This document shows positions 52,669 through 63,086 of a DNA stretch of 64,000 bases, one piece after another. The stretch is from an uncultured delta proteobacterium (GTDB lineage: Bacteria > Desulfobacterota > Binatia > UBA9968). How positions within the stretch are numbered: position 1 is the first letter of the stretch; each line of letters begins with the position of its first letter. The stretch is from the NCBI GenBank assembly GCA_963728565.1, contig CAVSLC010000009.1, positions 1 through 64,000 of the forward strand. The letters run 5' to 3'. The notes beneath the pieces were generated by a model, which was not told where the DNA came from, made no database searches, and worked only from the letters and a program-made list of their open reading frames with translations. Position numbers and translations under genes: made by a program.

Positions 52669-53507
52669 ATGCGCTGTTATGTCATTCTGCTTCGCCGCTT
52701 ACCGAATATCCTATGGTTCTTTCTAACAGCTGACCTTTGGCTGCTCGGCGTTATCATCTCGCCTGCTTACTCCTGGGGCAGCAAAGGACACGAGATCGTC
52801 GCCGCTATCGCCGAGACTCAGCTCACCGACAGCACCCCCAAGCGCATCAAAGAGCTTCTCCCGCAAGGCACGACGTTAGCCGACGCATCCACCTGGCCCG
52901 ACAAGGCTGGTCGTCAGATTCCCGACATGGATCCGTACCACTACGTCAACTTCACGAAGGACGCCAACGCCTACGACCAGCAGCGCGTCTGCAAGCTGCG
53001 CAACTGAATCGTCGAGGCGATTGCCTGGTATATGCAGGTCTTGAAGTTACCGGATGCACCACGTAACGAGAAGCGCACTGCTCTGCGATTCATCGCTCAC
53101 TTGGGTGGCGATATACATCAGCCACTTCATGCTGGGTTCGCTGAGGATCTCGGGGGCGATAGTGTTGAAGTGCGGTTCAATGGCAGGAAAGAGAATCTGC
53201 ACTCACTGTGGGACACCGCGCTTGTAGAGTTAGAGCCAGGCACACAGGCAGAGATCGGCGCACGTATCCAAAGTTTGGTGACCGCGGAAGACCGGCAGCA
53301 ATGGCAGCAAGGGACTCCGGCAGAGTGGGCGCTTGAATCGTTGGCGATAGTCAGGGCACAAGTGTAAAGGCTGCCTGCATCGGGCGAGATCAACGCGAGC
53401 TACGCAGAAGCGGCACAAGCTGTGATTCGCACTCGTTTAGGGCAGGCGGGAGCGAGGCCGGTGTGGATGCTGAATGAGACGCTTCCCGCGATGGAAAAGC
53501 ATTAGAC
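52669..53507 (+). pseudogene. S1/P1 nuclease with two in-frame nonsense codons
   Basis: WGSKGH, STWPD, HLGGDIHQPLH, NLHSLWD; TGA 53005-07 and TAA 53365-67. Confidence 0.85.
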
Positions 53508-53538
53508 AATCTCTAGTGAACAGCAGTAAAAGGCAGGC

Positions 53539-54515
53539 ATGAGCAAATGCCTTTTCTTTTTACTGCTGCTGCTAAACTTCGTGCACGCTGGTATTGCCGA
53601 AGCGCAGCCAACAAAAGTTCCGCGCGCAGGATACTTGACTGGCACCTCGCTTTCCGCTAACTGGGCTCGCACCGACGCATTTCGGCGAAGGTCTGCGGGA
53701 ACTGGGCTACATTGAAGGTAGGAACATTCTAATTGATTGGCGATCTGCAGATGGCAAAGGAGAGCGGCTACCTGTACTCGGTGCCGAACTCGTGCGTCTC
53801 AAGGAAGACATCATCGTCACAGGTGGTCCCACATCAAACCGCGCTGCCAAGGACGCAACAGTTACGATTCCGATTGTCATGGCCTTCGATAATGATCCTG
53901 TTGGCAATGGATTCGTCACCAGTCTTGGACGACCAGGCGGAAACATCACCGGATTGTCCACCCTCGCGCCGGAGTTAAGCGGAAAACAACTGGAGCTGTT
54001 GAAGGATATCGTTCTCAATCTCCCGTGTGGCCGTTCTCGGAAGTTCAAACAATCCGGGCAACACGCAGTCATTGAAAGAAACCGAACTGGCGGCGAAGGC
54101 TCTTGGCGTGAAGCTGCAGTACCTGGACGCGCTAGACCCTAAAGATATTGAGACTGCATTCAGCGAGGCACGCAAAGGCCGTGCTGAAGCAATCCTTGTC
54201 TTGACCGGGTCCATCTTCAATTCTCATCGGTGTCAGGTTGTTGAACTTGCCGTAAATCGCCGCCTCCCCGCGATCTACTCCTATCCAGAATACGTGGGAG
54301 ACATGGGGTTAATGACGTACAGCGTGAGTTTCAACGATTTATTCCGACGCGCTGCAATTTATGTTGACAAGATTATCAAGGGCGGCAAGCCTGCCCATTT
54401 GCCGGTTGAACAGCCGACGAAGTTCGAGTTGATCATCAATTTGAAAGCAGCAAAACAGATCGGCGTCACGATACCGCCAAACGTTCTGGCGAGAGCGGAC
54501 AGGGTGATTAGGTAG
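53539..54515 (+). pseudogene. ABC transporter substrate-binding protein (ABC_sub_bind type), frameshifted
   Basis: TIPIVM, SLGRPGGNITG, GKQLELLK, LPVEQPTKFELIINLKAAK; shifts near 53690 and 54020. Confidence 0.8.
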
Positions 54516-54547
54516 ACGGTCATCATTAAAGATGCTGGGAGTCTCAG

Positions 54548-55504
54548 ATGTCGTTAAACTTAACGATGACGTGTACCGCATATGACCGAAACCAAGCGCT
54601 CTTAAATGGCACGGTCAAGCCCGACGGGGTTAACCTGGATATACATATCGATCCGGAAGGAGGCCAGTTTCGCTTGACGCATGCCCGCGAGGGAAAATAC
54701 GACATCATTGAATTCCATATGGGCATGTACATAGCCGATCTGCCTTATAGAACTTTGGGCTACACCGCGATTCCCATTTTCGTGAAGCGCATGTTTCGGC
54801 ACTCATATATTTACATCAACAGGTCTGCCGGTATTCGATCTCCGGCTGATCTCAACGGCAAGCGGGTTGGTATTCAGACTTGGTTTACCACTACGGCTCT
54901 TTGGGCCAAAGGCATTTTAGCCGAAGAGTATGGGGTAGACCTGAAATCGATTACGTGGATTGCTCAGGAAGGAGAGAGTATCGGTGATTGGCATCCTCCA
55001 TCTTGGCTAAAGTTGGAGATCGCTGAGGGTGCCAGCCAATTTGATCTCCTGGGGTCAGGGGAAGTAGATGCAGGTATAACAACCGGAGTTTGGGCACCAG
55101 ACAAACATCCGGATATTACCTTCTTATTTCCGAAGTATGCAGAATTGGAGCGTGACTATTTCAAACGAACCGGCTTCTTTCCTATCAATCACACATTGAT
55201 TATCAAGGATTCCGTTCTTGAAAAGCATCCCTGGGTTGCGATGAGCATGTTTAACGCTTGGCAGGAATCAAAAACTCACTGCTACCGATGGCTTGAATGG
55301 CAGCGCGTGCATCAGACTTCCATGTGGTTCCGAGCACTTTGGGAAGAAGAGCGAGCGACTGCTGGACCCGATGTCTATCCTTGGGGGTTTCAGTCTGCGC
55401 GAAACGAACTCGAGAAGATGCTGGACTATTCCATGCATCAAGGAATCATCACTTCCGAATTTGATCCTAAGCAAATGTTTCATCCTAGTACTTTGGACAC
55501 CTAG
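54548..55504 (+). CDS. 4,5-dihydroxyphthalate decarboxylase-like protein
   Basis: YDRNQAL, PIFVKRMFRHS, FPINH, YPWG; paralog of 16501. Confidence 0.75.
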   Translation: MSLNLTMTCTAYDRNQALLNGTVKPDGVNLDIHIDPEGGQFRLTHAREGKYDIIEFHMGMYIADLPYRTLGYTAIPIFVKRMFRHSYIYINRSAGIRSPADLNGKRVGIQTWFTTTALWAKGILAEEYGVDLKSITWIAQEGESIGDWHPPSWLKLEIAEGASQFDLLGSGEVDAGITTGVWAPDKHPDITFLFPKYAELERDYFKRTGFFPINHTLIIKDSVLEKHPWVAMSMFNAWQESKTHCYRWLEWQRVHQTSMWFRALWEEERATAGPDVYPWGFQSARNELEKMLDYSMHQGIITSEFDPKQMFHPSTLDT

Positions 55505-55509
55505 ACCGG

Positions 55510-55695
55510 ATGGTAGAACTCGACAAAGGCAAAACCGTATGTTTGCAAGAACTCATGGTCTCAACCCTCGCTATGACTGACGCACTTGCAAAGCTACTCA
55601 TAGAGAAAAACATTATCACGTAAGCCGAGTTCACGCAGAATCTGCTGGAGGAGCGTGCGGTCTATCAGCGGATTTTGATCCCTACGGCACAGTAG
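55510..55695 (+). pseudogene. Small helical hypothetical protein with internal TAA (55621-23)
   Basis: MVELDKGKTVCLQELMVSTLAMTDALAKLLIEKNIIT*AEFTQNLLEERAVYQRIL. Confidence 0.45.
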
Positions 55696-55741
55696 TTACT
55701 GACGCACTTCAGTTAACCGCCGCGGCCACATAGAAGGCAGC

Positions 55742-56515
55742 ATGTTTGAAGTTGCTGAAGCATATGAACGTCAAAGAGGTAGATCGAGCAAGATATTAGC
55801 CCCTTTGTTCGCGGAATTTGTCGCTCCGCACGGTGAAGTGCTCGACGTGGGGTGTGGCACCGGCGCATTGACTTTTGCTATCGCCGAAAAGGATTCAGTC
55901 TCGAAGATCACTGGAATAGATCCGTCTGAGGGCTTCTTGGCCTATGCACGTTCTAAGACGACCGACCAACGAATACACTTTGAACTGGGGGACGCGCAGA
56001 GTCTTAGCTTCGCTGATGCCTCTTTCGATCAATGTCTGGCTCTGCTCGTGATGAGATTCGTTCCAGACGCGACTAAGGCAGTAAAGGAAATGCGGCGAGT
56101 TACGCGAGCAGGCGGTGTAGTCGCTACAGCGACGTGGGATACCACAGGCGGAAACGATCTGAACGACTTGTTATTCGACGCGGCACTCATGATTGATCCC
56201 GATGCACCGCAAGAAAGGAATACCCGAGGTCTTTACGGCCAGGAAGAGGAACTAAAATCACTCTGGATAGCCGCTGGTCTGGAGACAATTGATATACAGA
56301 ATATTGCGTTCCAATGCGGCTTTGATTCATTCGATGATTACTGGCAACCGCTCATCGAAGGTCAGGGTCCTAACGGAGCTTATCTTCGTCGCATGGGGAA
56401 TGATCAGCAAGTGGAGCTGCGTGAGCTGCTGCGGCACAATCTTTTCGGTAACCGCGCCGACGGACCATTTTCGCTCAAGGCTAAAGCGTGGGCCGTGCGT
56501 GGAGTCGTGCCTTGA
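55742..56515 (+). CDS. Class I SAM-dependent methyltransferase
   Basis: VLDVGCGTG, GDAQSLSF, EMRRVTRAGG. Confidence 0.88.
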   Translation: MFEVAEAYERQRGRSSKILAPLFAEFVAPHGEVLDVGCGTGALTFAIAEKDSVSKITGIDPSEGFLAYARSKTTDQRIHFELGDAQSLSFADASFDQCLALLVMRFVPDATKAVKEMRRVTRAGGVVATATWDTTGGNDLNDLLFDAALMIDPDAPQERNTRGLYGQEEELKSLWIAAGLETIDIQNIAFQCGFDSFDDYWQPLIEGQGPNGAYLRRMGNDQQVELRELLRHNLFGNRADGPFSLKAKAWAVRGVVP

Positions 56516-56787
56516 ACGACCGCTATACGTCTGTGTGATGGTACCGCACCTTACGGCGCAAGGCTCCAATTGTCACACCGGCTAAAGCTCACGCTCTTCG
56601 TGCTCGCCTTTAATGTCATCGGGTTTGCTGAGGGGCACCTGCTGAGTGACTTGGGGCTCGTGTGGTTAATTTCCATTCTCATGGTGGCCTCGTTGGTCGG
56701 GGTGCTGGCGAGTCGGCGGGGTTTCCTTCTCTTTCACTGTATTCATTGTTAGCGCGCGACTCTGGAGCTGGTCAGTCCGTAGGGCAG

Positions 56788-58137
56788 TTATCCGTCCGCT
56801 TGATAATCTGTAATGTTCGCCGCGACAATATGCGGGCGTTTTTTTTCGTAGAGCCTCATCAAGGGCGTCACTGAAATTCCATGAACTAGGACCGAGACGG
56901 CAATAGTCGTTAAGGTCATTCCGACCAAAATCGTGGACAGCTCCGGTGCGAGACCATGGTTGATGGCAAAGGCTAGATAATAAATTGATCCGATCCCACG
57001 TATGCCAAACCAGCCGATGAAGTTTCGCTGAGTGATAGAAGTTGATGAGCCGAGCAGTCCCAACCAAACGGAAGTGGGACGGACCACAAGCAGCAGCAAC
57101 AAAACGAACCAAATGGCATCGAATGAAAGAAAGCGCGCCGAGAGCATCCCGCCAACCAAGATAACAATGGCAACCTCGCCGATACGCTCCAACTGTTCGT
57201 TGAACTGAAGCACGGCTTGAGCCATGTAGGCAGGAGCTTTTTGAGGGTCCGTTGCGATCTCGTCGGCTTCTCCGGTCAGAGGCATCCCCTTGTTGTCGTT
57301 CGCCGAAGCTTCTGAGTGACAACGCTCAATGCGGCGCAACGCGATTCCGGCCGCGAACACGGCGAGAAACCCGTATGCGCCAATCAGTAACGCTGATCCA
57401 TAAGAGAAGGCGATTAGGCCCAGCGCTAGAAAATCATCAGTCCCTACTGCTTCCTTGTGTTCACCACGTAAGTAAAGAACAAGCCGACCTACCAGATCTC
57501 CGAGTATACCGCCGGTGGCGAGGCCGCCGGCAGTAGCCCAAAGAACGTCCAGCGCCAACCATCGCGATCCAAACTCCCCGATCTCATGCAAGCCGAGCAA
57601 TCCCAAGCCAAGCATCACGAATGGGAAAGCGGTTCCATCGTTCAATCCTGCTTCTCCTGTGAGGCCAAACCTTAAAGAATCGAGGTCCCACGGATGCTCG
57701 CTCTGCACATCGGAAGCAAGTACCGGATCGGTGGGCGCCAGGATAGCTCCGAGCAGCACGGCGGCACCTATTGGAAGATTAAGTCCGACGACACCGATTA
57801 GCGCTACAAGTCCAACCGTTATGCTCATGGACACAAGCGCGAGCCGTAGGGGCAATCGCCACCCTCTATCTGAAAGCGGCAATCGGAGCTTCAATCCGGC
57901 GGTAAAAAGCGAAATGACAACCGCGACCTCAGTTGCCTTCTCCAAGAATCCTGGCTCTTGGACAGGATCTAATTGAATCACCCCGAAAAAAAAGGGGCCG
58001 AGCAAAACCCCAACGAGAAGATACAAAAGCGAAGTCGTCAGCGGCAGTCTCTTGAGCACCGATGTCGAGAGCGCCATTACAACCAAGAGCGCGCCGATAA
58101 CGACGTATACGACTGCAGCCGTCACAACAGGCCCCAA
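56788..58137 (-). CDS. Cation:proton antiporter, CPA1/NhaP family (start approximate)
   Basis: LAPTDPVLAS, GEAGLNDG, WFGIRGIGS. Confidence 0.9.
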   Translation of the reverse strand: MGPVVTAAVVYVVIGALLVVMALSTSVLKRLPLTTSLLYLLVGVLLGPFFFGVIQLDPVQEPGFLEKATEVAVVISLFTAGLKLRLPLSDRGWRLPLRLALVSMSITVGLVALIGVVGLNLPIGAAVLLGAILAPTDPVLASDVQSEHPWDLDSLRFGLTGEAGLNDGTAFPFVMLGLGLLGLHEIGEFGSRWLALDVLWATAGGLATGGILGDLVGRLVLYLRGEHKEAVGTDDFLALGLIAFSYGSALLIGAYGFLAVFAAGIALRRIERCHSEASANDNKGMPLTGEADEIATDPQKAPAYMAQAVLQFNEQLERIGEVAIVILVGGMLSARFLSFDAIWFVLLLLLVVRPTSVWLGLLGSSTSITQRNFIGWFGIRGIGSIYYLAFAINHGLAPELSTILVGMTLTTIAVSVLVHGISVTPLMRLYEKKRPHIVAANITDYQADG

Positions 58138-59089
58138 ATCGGAATGGAGTTCCGGCCGGCTTGAGGCCGATAGGAGGGTTGAATGGTCATCCTCTAAGCT
58201 ATCACGGCGAAACCCGGTAAAGTAGGTGATTACTCAACCGCTGTCGTAGGGAGGCAAGTTTCTATAGAGCTGGCGGGCCTTGACCAGCCGCTTTCTCCTC
58301 GGTGAGATGAGGCTTATAGGAGGTCAAATAAATGGCAAAAACCGAACTGACTAAATGCAAGTGCACGAGCTCCGTGCATCAACAGGGGCCCTGCGCGAAC
58401 CAAGTTGAATCGGGAGAATCAGTCTGTCAGGGCTGCAAACAACATTCTTTAACCGACGCCAGCGGAGGCATATTGCCTCATGTGACAATGCCGAAGCCGT
58501 AACAATGCCCTTAGGAGCGATCCTCTGATAATTGCTGCATCTCCGCATGCGAGCGAGAGCAGAAGCCAGACAAGCCTGACAGATATCGGCCTCCTCACGA
58601 GGACCAATCAGCCGACGTCAGATGATGTGTTGACTTATACTTTTAAATAACTGGTCAGCTAAGTGTCTGGGTGGGTCAGGGATAACTTGCCTACAGCCAT
58701 CAGCGGTGCTCCTAATCCGACTCCAAAACTGAACGCTGTAAGAACAAGTATCAGCCTTTTGTCCGCATACCAGAAGCGCCAAACCTCAGACCCTTCCATT
58801 CAAGAAGGCGTTCAGGGTTTTTGTTGGTGGCGTTTGACGGCGCATTAGGGTCTAGTTACGATTCGGCTTTGAATGGTATTCAACTGAGCTTCGGAGTCAG
58901 CATACCTGAGCATGAGACGTGTCGTTAGACTTCGCGCGCGGCTGCGCTCTCCTCGATCTCGTAATTGTCTCCAACCTGTCTCCGAATCAGGATGCAACGA
59001 CATGAACTCAGGCGTAAAGAAAGCTGGGCGGACCTATGATTCTCGGGGTTGATTTGTCGCTGAATCCTTGCTGTTCTGTCCTGCGCCAT

Positions 59090-60427
59090 ACTTCGGATCT
59101 GAGGGTTGGGGGTTCAAATCCCTCCGGGCGCGCCATTGTTGTCAAAAACTACTTTCCGGAAGTCTAATCTTCTTTAGAGTTGTCTCCCTGGTGGTTCCAA
59201 TCCTTTCTCTGGCGGTGCCGGTAGCGCGTCGTCCAGCGTATTGACGATTGCCGTCCTGTACCCCAAGTGCCTATGATAGCCGTCCACTGTCATGTTAGTT
59301 TAGTTGCGGTCTTCCTGATCCTTCGCATGGTTCAACCCGGATTCCGCACTTGCGATTGACAGAATCCTTTCGCAGCGAAGTCGATGGGTTTCTACCTCTG
59401 AGCAGACATCGCTCAGCGGTGCTTCGAGCGGGATGTTTAAGCCTTATAGCAAGGACGTGCGAGAGCGCAAAACCACTTTGAAACTTCACAGTCGGACGCG
59501 TTTGCTGCTCCATGATTTACCTCGCTTCCGGCATTTTAGTTCAAGGCTCGTCCGTTGTGCGCCCCAGTCGGCTGCAGAACTCGCCCCTACTTCGTCTTGA
59601 ATAGCTCACCGTGATTCGCGAAACCTCGATGATCGAAGCGCTGAGCCCTTCCAATAAACAGCTCCAAGCGACTCACACCGTGACATAAACATCGGGTGAG
59701 CTGCCAAACATTAGTGAGCTTGTACTGACTGGAAGTGCAAGTTTTGCGGCTTCGGTGTGACAATTAAGGTTTGACGAGCCTCCCAGAGATGTCCACGAAA
59801 ATTCGAGCGGCCGCGTTCCCATTGTGTCGGGCTGCAGTCACTATAATTTGGCTATCTGGGTCTGCATAAAGCAGTACCCGTTGACCTCCAAATCTTCTAG
59901 CTGGAAAAGCAGGATCTGAAATAGTCGAGGTTCCGCTTGTGACGATTGGGTAAATACCTGGGACGGAGTTCGTGTAAACTTCAAGCGACACAAAAAGAGT
60001 TTGATTCTGCTGCACAAAACCGTTTACGCCGACAAACTCCACAATAAACAGCCCCTTTACAAAACCATAAATATATAAAAAAATAAAATAATATATAAAA
60101 TAATTATATAAAATTAAAAATAAAAATTAATTATCCTTAGCTATCTCCAGTAACTGAATGTCTTTTGTCTCTTCGCCGTTTGCAAGGTTTATAACTCCGC
60201 CTACGTGAAACGGCTTTCCACTCATTGTTGTTCTCTCCTAATTTGTTCAGTGATGATATATGACGCGGCGTGACTCCGGCAAGCTGAGGCCGTAGAGCTG
60301 CACGCTGGGTGCTGCCCCTTGATTCACCCGTAACGGTTGTGCTAATAACCGCGCCCTCGCTGCGCAGCGACAGCGTTGCGCCCACCTTTGAGAAGCTATC
60401 AAAGGGCGCTGCGCCGGCGAGGCCCAA
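59090..60427 (+). repeat. Long direct repeat, copy 2; starts with the tRNA-Arg 3' half (att) and marks the left end of a second island
   Basis: Near-identical to 43333-44591. Confidence 0.95.
59764..60225 (-). pseudogene. Second copy of the 127-aa hypothetical gene, interrupted by a 78-bp AT-rich insertion (60054-60131)
   Basis: Direct comparison with 44006-44389. Confidence 0.7.
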
Positions 60428-60451
60428 AACTTTGGGCCAGGAGAAGAACCT

Positions 60452-60565
60452 ATGACGGTACTGTTGAGCTATTTCCTCATTGCAGCGGTCTTGGGCGTCA
60501 CCGCTTCGGCGCTCATCGGCTATTTCCTAACGAATTTAATCGATAGGCGATTCCTGAAAAACTGA
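60452..60565 (+). CDS. Putative 37-aa single-TM peptide
   Basis: RBS AGGAG; MTVLLSYFLIAAVLGVTASALIGYFLTNLIDRRFLKN. Confidence 0.45.
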   Translation: MTVLLSYFLIAAVLGVTASALIGYFLTNLIDRRFLKN

Positions 60566-60664
60566 AAAGTCGAAAAATCGATCACTCTCGATAAGAGAGA
60601 ACTTCGTGTCAAAAACCGTCTCTTTTTGTTCGGCTCAGGTGTCCGTCAAGAGGAGGTTACTCCG

Positions 60665-60952
60665 ATGGTATGGGACGTGATGGTTGCAGCGGCATTCGTT
60701 GTTGTATCTGTGGCGGTCCTTGCTTGTTTCTCTGTGAGGCAGGCTCTCATCTGGTTGAAGAAGCCGCACCGGCGATTCCTACCATTCCCCGGCTCCATGG
60801 TCCTTTCACGCCATCGTTTTAGAGAAATCGTCCGCCCTCATTCGTGTGTTGGGCGAAACCTTGACCATTTAGCTGCGCGCCGAAGAGCTGGAAGCTTGAA
60901 GTGGTTCGCACTTTTTCGCCACATTTGTCCAACCATAAGGAAGACGCGTTAA
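60665..60952 (+). CDS. Small protein with N-terminal TM helix
   Basis: RBS GAGGAGG; MVWDVMVAAAFVVVSVAVLACF then basic tail. Confidence 0.45.
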   Translation: MVWDVMVAAAFVVVSVAVLACFSVRQALIWLKKPHRRFLPFPGSMVLSRHRFREIVRPHSCVGRNLDHLAARRRAGSLKWFALFRHICPTIRKTR

Positions 60953-61285
60953 TCATCTCAGCAGCAGCAATTATCGGTCTATAGCGTAATCCGTTTCTGG
61001 AAAGGATTCGACTGGGGTGATGCTGTTGTCACTGCGAGCTAGCGTTTCACTGATTGATTCCGACGAGATGAGCGTACCCATGGGCACGGGGGAACACCGT
61101 CGCAGTGGGCGGCTGACTCACTGGCTTGACTCAGGACGCATGTGTCGCTCGTGGAGATCTCAGCAGGTAATGTGAGTGGGCCGCGACCAGCGGATCGGCA
61201 CTCACTTGCCAGAGGCGGAAAGAGCTGGCGTCGGTGCTGAATCGCCTATCAGAAATGAGGGGTATCCTGATCCAATTCCTACAGC

Positions 61286-61648
61286 TTAGTATTCTCGTTG
61301 GCGCTTTAGGCGCTGAAGCTCTAAGCGTTGACGCTCGACTTCAGCCTGGTTTGCTTGGATTTGTTGCTGTTGCTGCTGGTTGACATTTTCTTGACCTTGG
61401 AGCTGATCGCCCACCAAGGCTCCGGCACCCAGTCCCAGAACTCCGCCAATTGCTGCTCCGGCCCCGGGTCGGCCAACCGCACTTCCAATAAGCGCTCCGG
61501 CGCCTGCCCCTCCCACGGCCCCAATTCCTGCACCTTTTTCCCGGGTGCTGAGCGATCCGCCAGCACAACCACTTAGATCAAACAAGACGACTAGGCCAAT
61601 AACGAACAGCAAAGAATTGCCACCGGTGATCGGTTTAGATTTCTTCAT
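61286..61648 (-). CDS. Glycine-zipper lipoprotein
   Basis: Lipobox LSGC; GAGIGAVGGAGAGALIG; Gln-rich coiled tail; RBS AGGAGG. Confidence 0.85.
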   Translation of the reverse strand: MKKSKPITGGNSLLFVIGLVVLFDLSGCAGGSLSTREKGAGIGAVGGAGAGALIGSAVGRPGAGAAIGGVLGLGAGALVGDQLQGQENVNQQQQQQIQANQAEVERQRLELQRLKRQREY

Positions 61649-62698
61649 GCTTCTTAGGACGCCTCCTTTTTACGATTTTTGATAAATAGGGATTGCGCTT
61701 TAGCAGCGCTTCGACGTTATCGGTGCAATAAATGCACCAGTGAGGCCCCACCCACCAAGCCGGCACAGGAAACCGTCAGCGGGGCGTAATGACAGAACTC
61801 GACAAAAGCAAACGTTTGTGATGCACAACGAACTTTAGAAGATGCTCAGCTAGAACGCGCTAGGAAAGCAGCACACGATCTGCCTGCTTTCATCGATGGT
61901 GATTTTCCTGATTATCCGGAAGCGGTACCGAAAGGGAATCAGACATTGCTCGTATCGAGCACGACGAATTTCGCAAGCTCTCCGGCGGGGTTCGATTAAC
62001 TCATGCGAACGTCGAAAGCATCGAGTTCTTTAAATGAGAATGAAAGCGCTCTGTTGCGGCAATCTCTAGGCGCACTTCCGAGCTGCTCTTTAGCTCATGA
62101 CCGAGTTTCGACAACGAGGATTGTTCAGCGAGTCATTCCTGCTGTCTCGCAATCCGGATGGCCGCACACACACTGGCCCGACCGCGCCATGCCGGCCTGT
62201 GCACAGTGATCACTGCAGTAATTTTCATTTCCTCGTGAGACGCCGTGTCCGTGCTCGATTTTACAGGCGCAGCCAGCGTGCGCGCAGTTCTGGTCTGCCA
62301 TAGTCTTGCTCCCTTTTACAACGAGATTGCGGGATCTCTTTGGCCGCTTTACGGGTGGGCCACCTTACTCGATCCGTTGTTAATGTCGAAACGTTGGGAA
62401 GTCAACAGTCTTGAGGTTCTTTTCCAACCATTTTCGATTTTGGCTTGCGGTAAAAACCCTGGTACTGGTCGGCGCTATGTAAGCCGGACAATTCGCCCCA
62501 CCGTTCACTTGATTTCGGCTGATTTTATGGACACACGTCGGGCTCTGAATGAGGCTGCAATGCCATTGAGCTGCGATGATTCCGATTGAAGCTCACCAAT
62601 TGCTACCGTCCTGCTCGAAATACCGGGTGCGTGACTCGGGCAAAAAGCCATGCTATATACCCCGCGCATTTTTACTCGTACAGCATCCAGGAGGCAAA

Positions 62699-62902
62699 AT
62701 GAGCAAGGACAAATTAGATAACTCGCAATCCAATGAACGTCATAGTTCTTATGCTTTTGAAGCGTTTCAGAAGTTCATCAACAGCCACTTGGTGGGAGGG
62801 CACGATGTTCGTATGTTCGTAGATCCGAACGGTAATTCGTATTCTATTCTGTGCGTGACTTGTGACCCTCGGCTCACCGAGGTAGTGACAACACGCCACT
62901 AA
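62699..62902 (+). CDS. Small hypothetical protein with H-x4-H and CxxC
   Basis: RBS GGAGG, ATG 62699; SHLVGGHD...CVTCD. Confidence 0.45.
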   Translation: MSKDKLDNSQSNERHSSYAFEAFQKFINSHLVGGHDVRMFVDPNGNSYSILCVTCDPRLTEVVTTRH

Positions 62903-63086
62903 AATTGCGCTCCGGTGCCATGCGCGATTCCATTGTAACAGCTCACTATGGTCGAGCGTTTTTGCCCGAGGGCTTACTATGGGTACGATCGATGCCGCAA
63001 CCTAGTAGCTCGCGGCCGGTCGCCTCAAAATTTTTCGGCATAGTAAGAGTGGCCCGGATTTTTCTACCATTGACCTGAATGTATTC

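Larger units (their letters stand above)
43333..59135. mobile_element. Decaying genomic island integrated in tRNA-Arg (about 15.8 kb)
   Basis: 46-bp direct repeat of the tRNA 3' half starting at the anticodon loop (43333-43378 and 59090-59135); low coding density; many pseudogenes. Confidence 0.8.

Noticed and set aside
53005-53007. TGA at a Cys-equivalent position in the S1/P1 nuclease (possible Sec)
   Set aside because: The same frame has a TAA at 53365, the site is a structural rather than catalytic Cys, no well-spaced SECIS is evident, and neighbours are pseudogenes
43333-60427. Long repeat pair as a diversity-generating retroelement TR/VR
   Set aside because: Differences are not adenine-specific and no reverse transcriptase is present
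61160-61210. Hairpin GTGAGT..GCCG/CGGC..ACTCAC as a structured ncRNA
   Set aside because: Single short stem with no recognisable family features; would need covariation evidence
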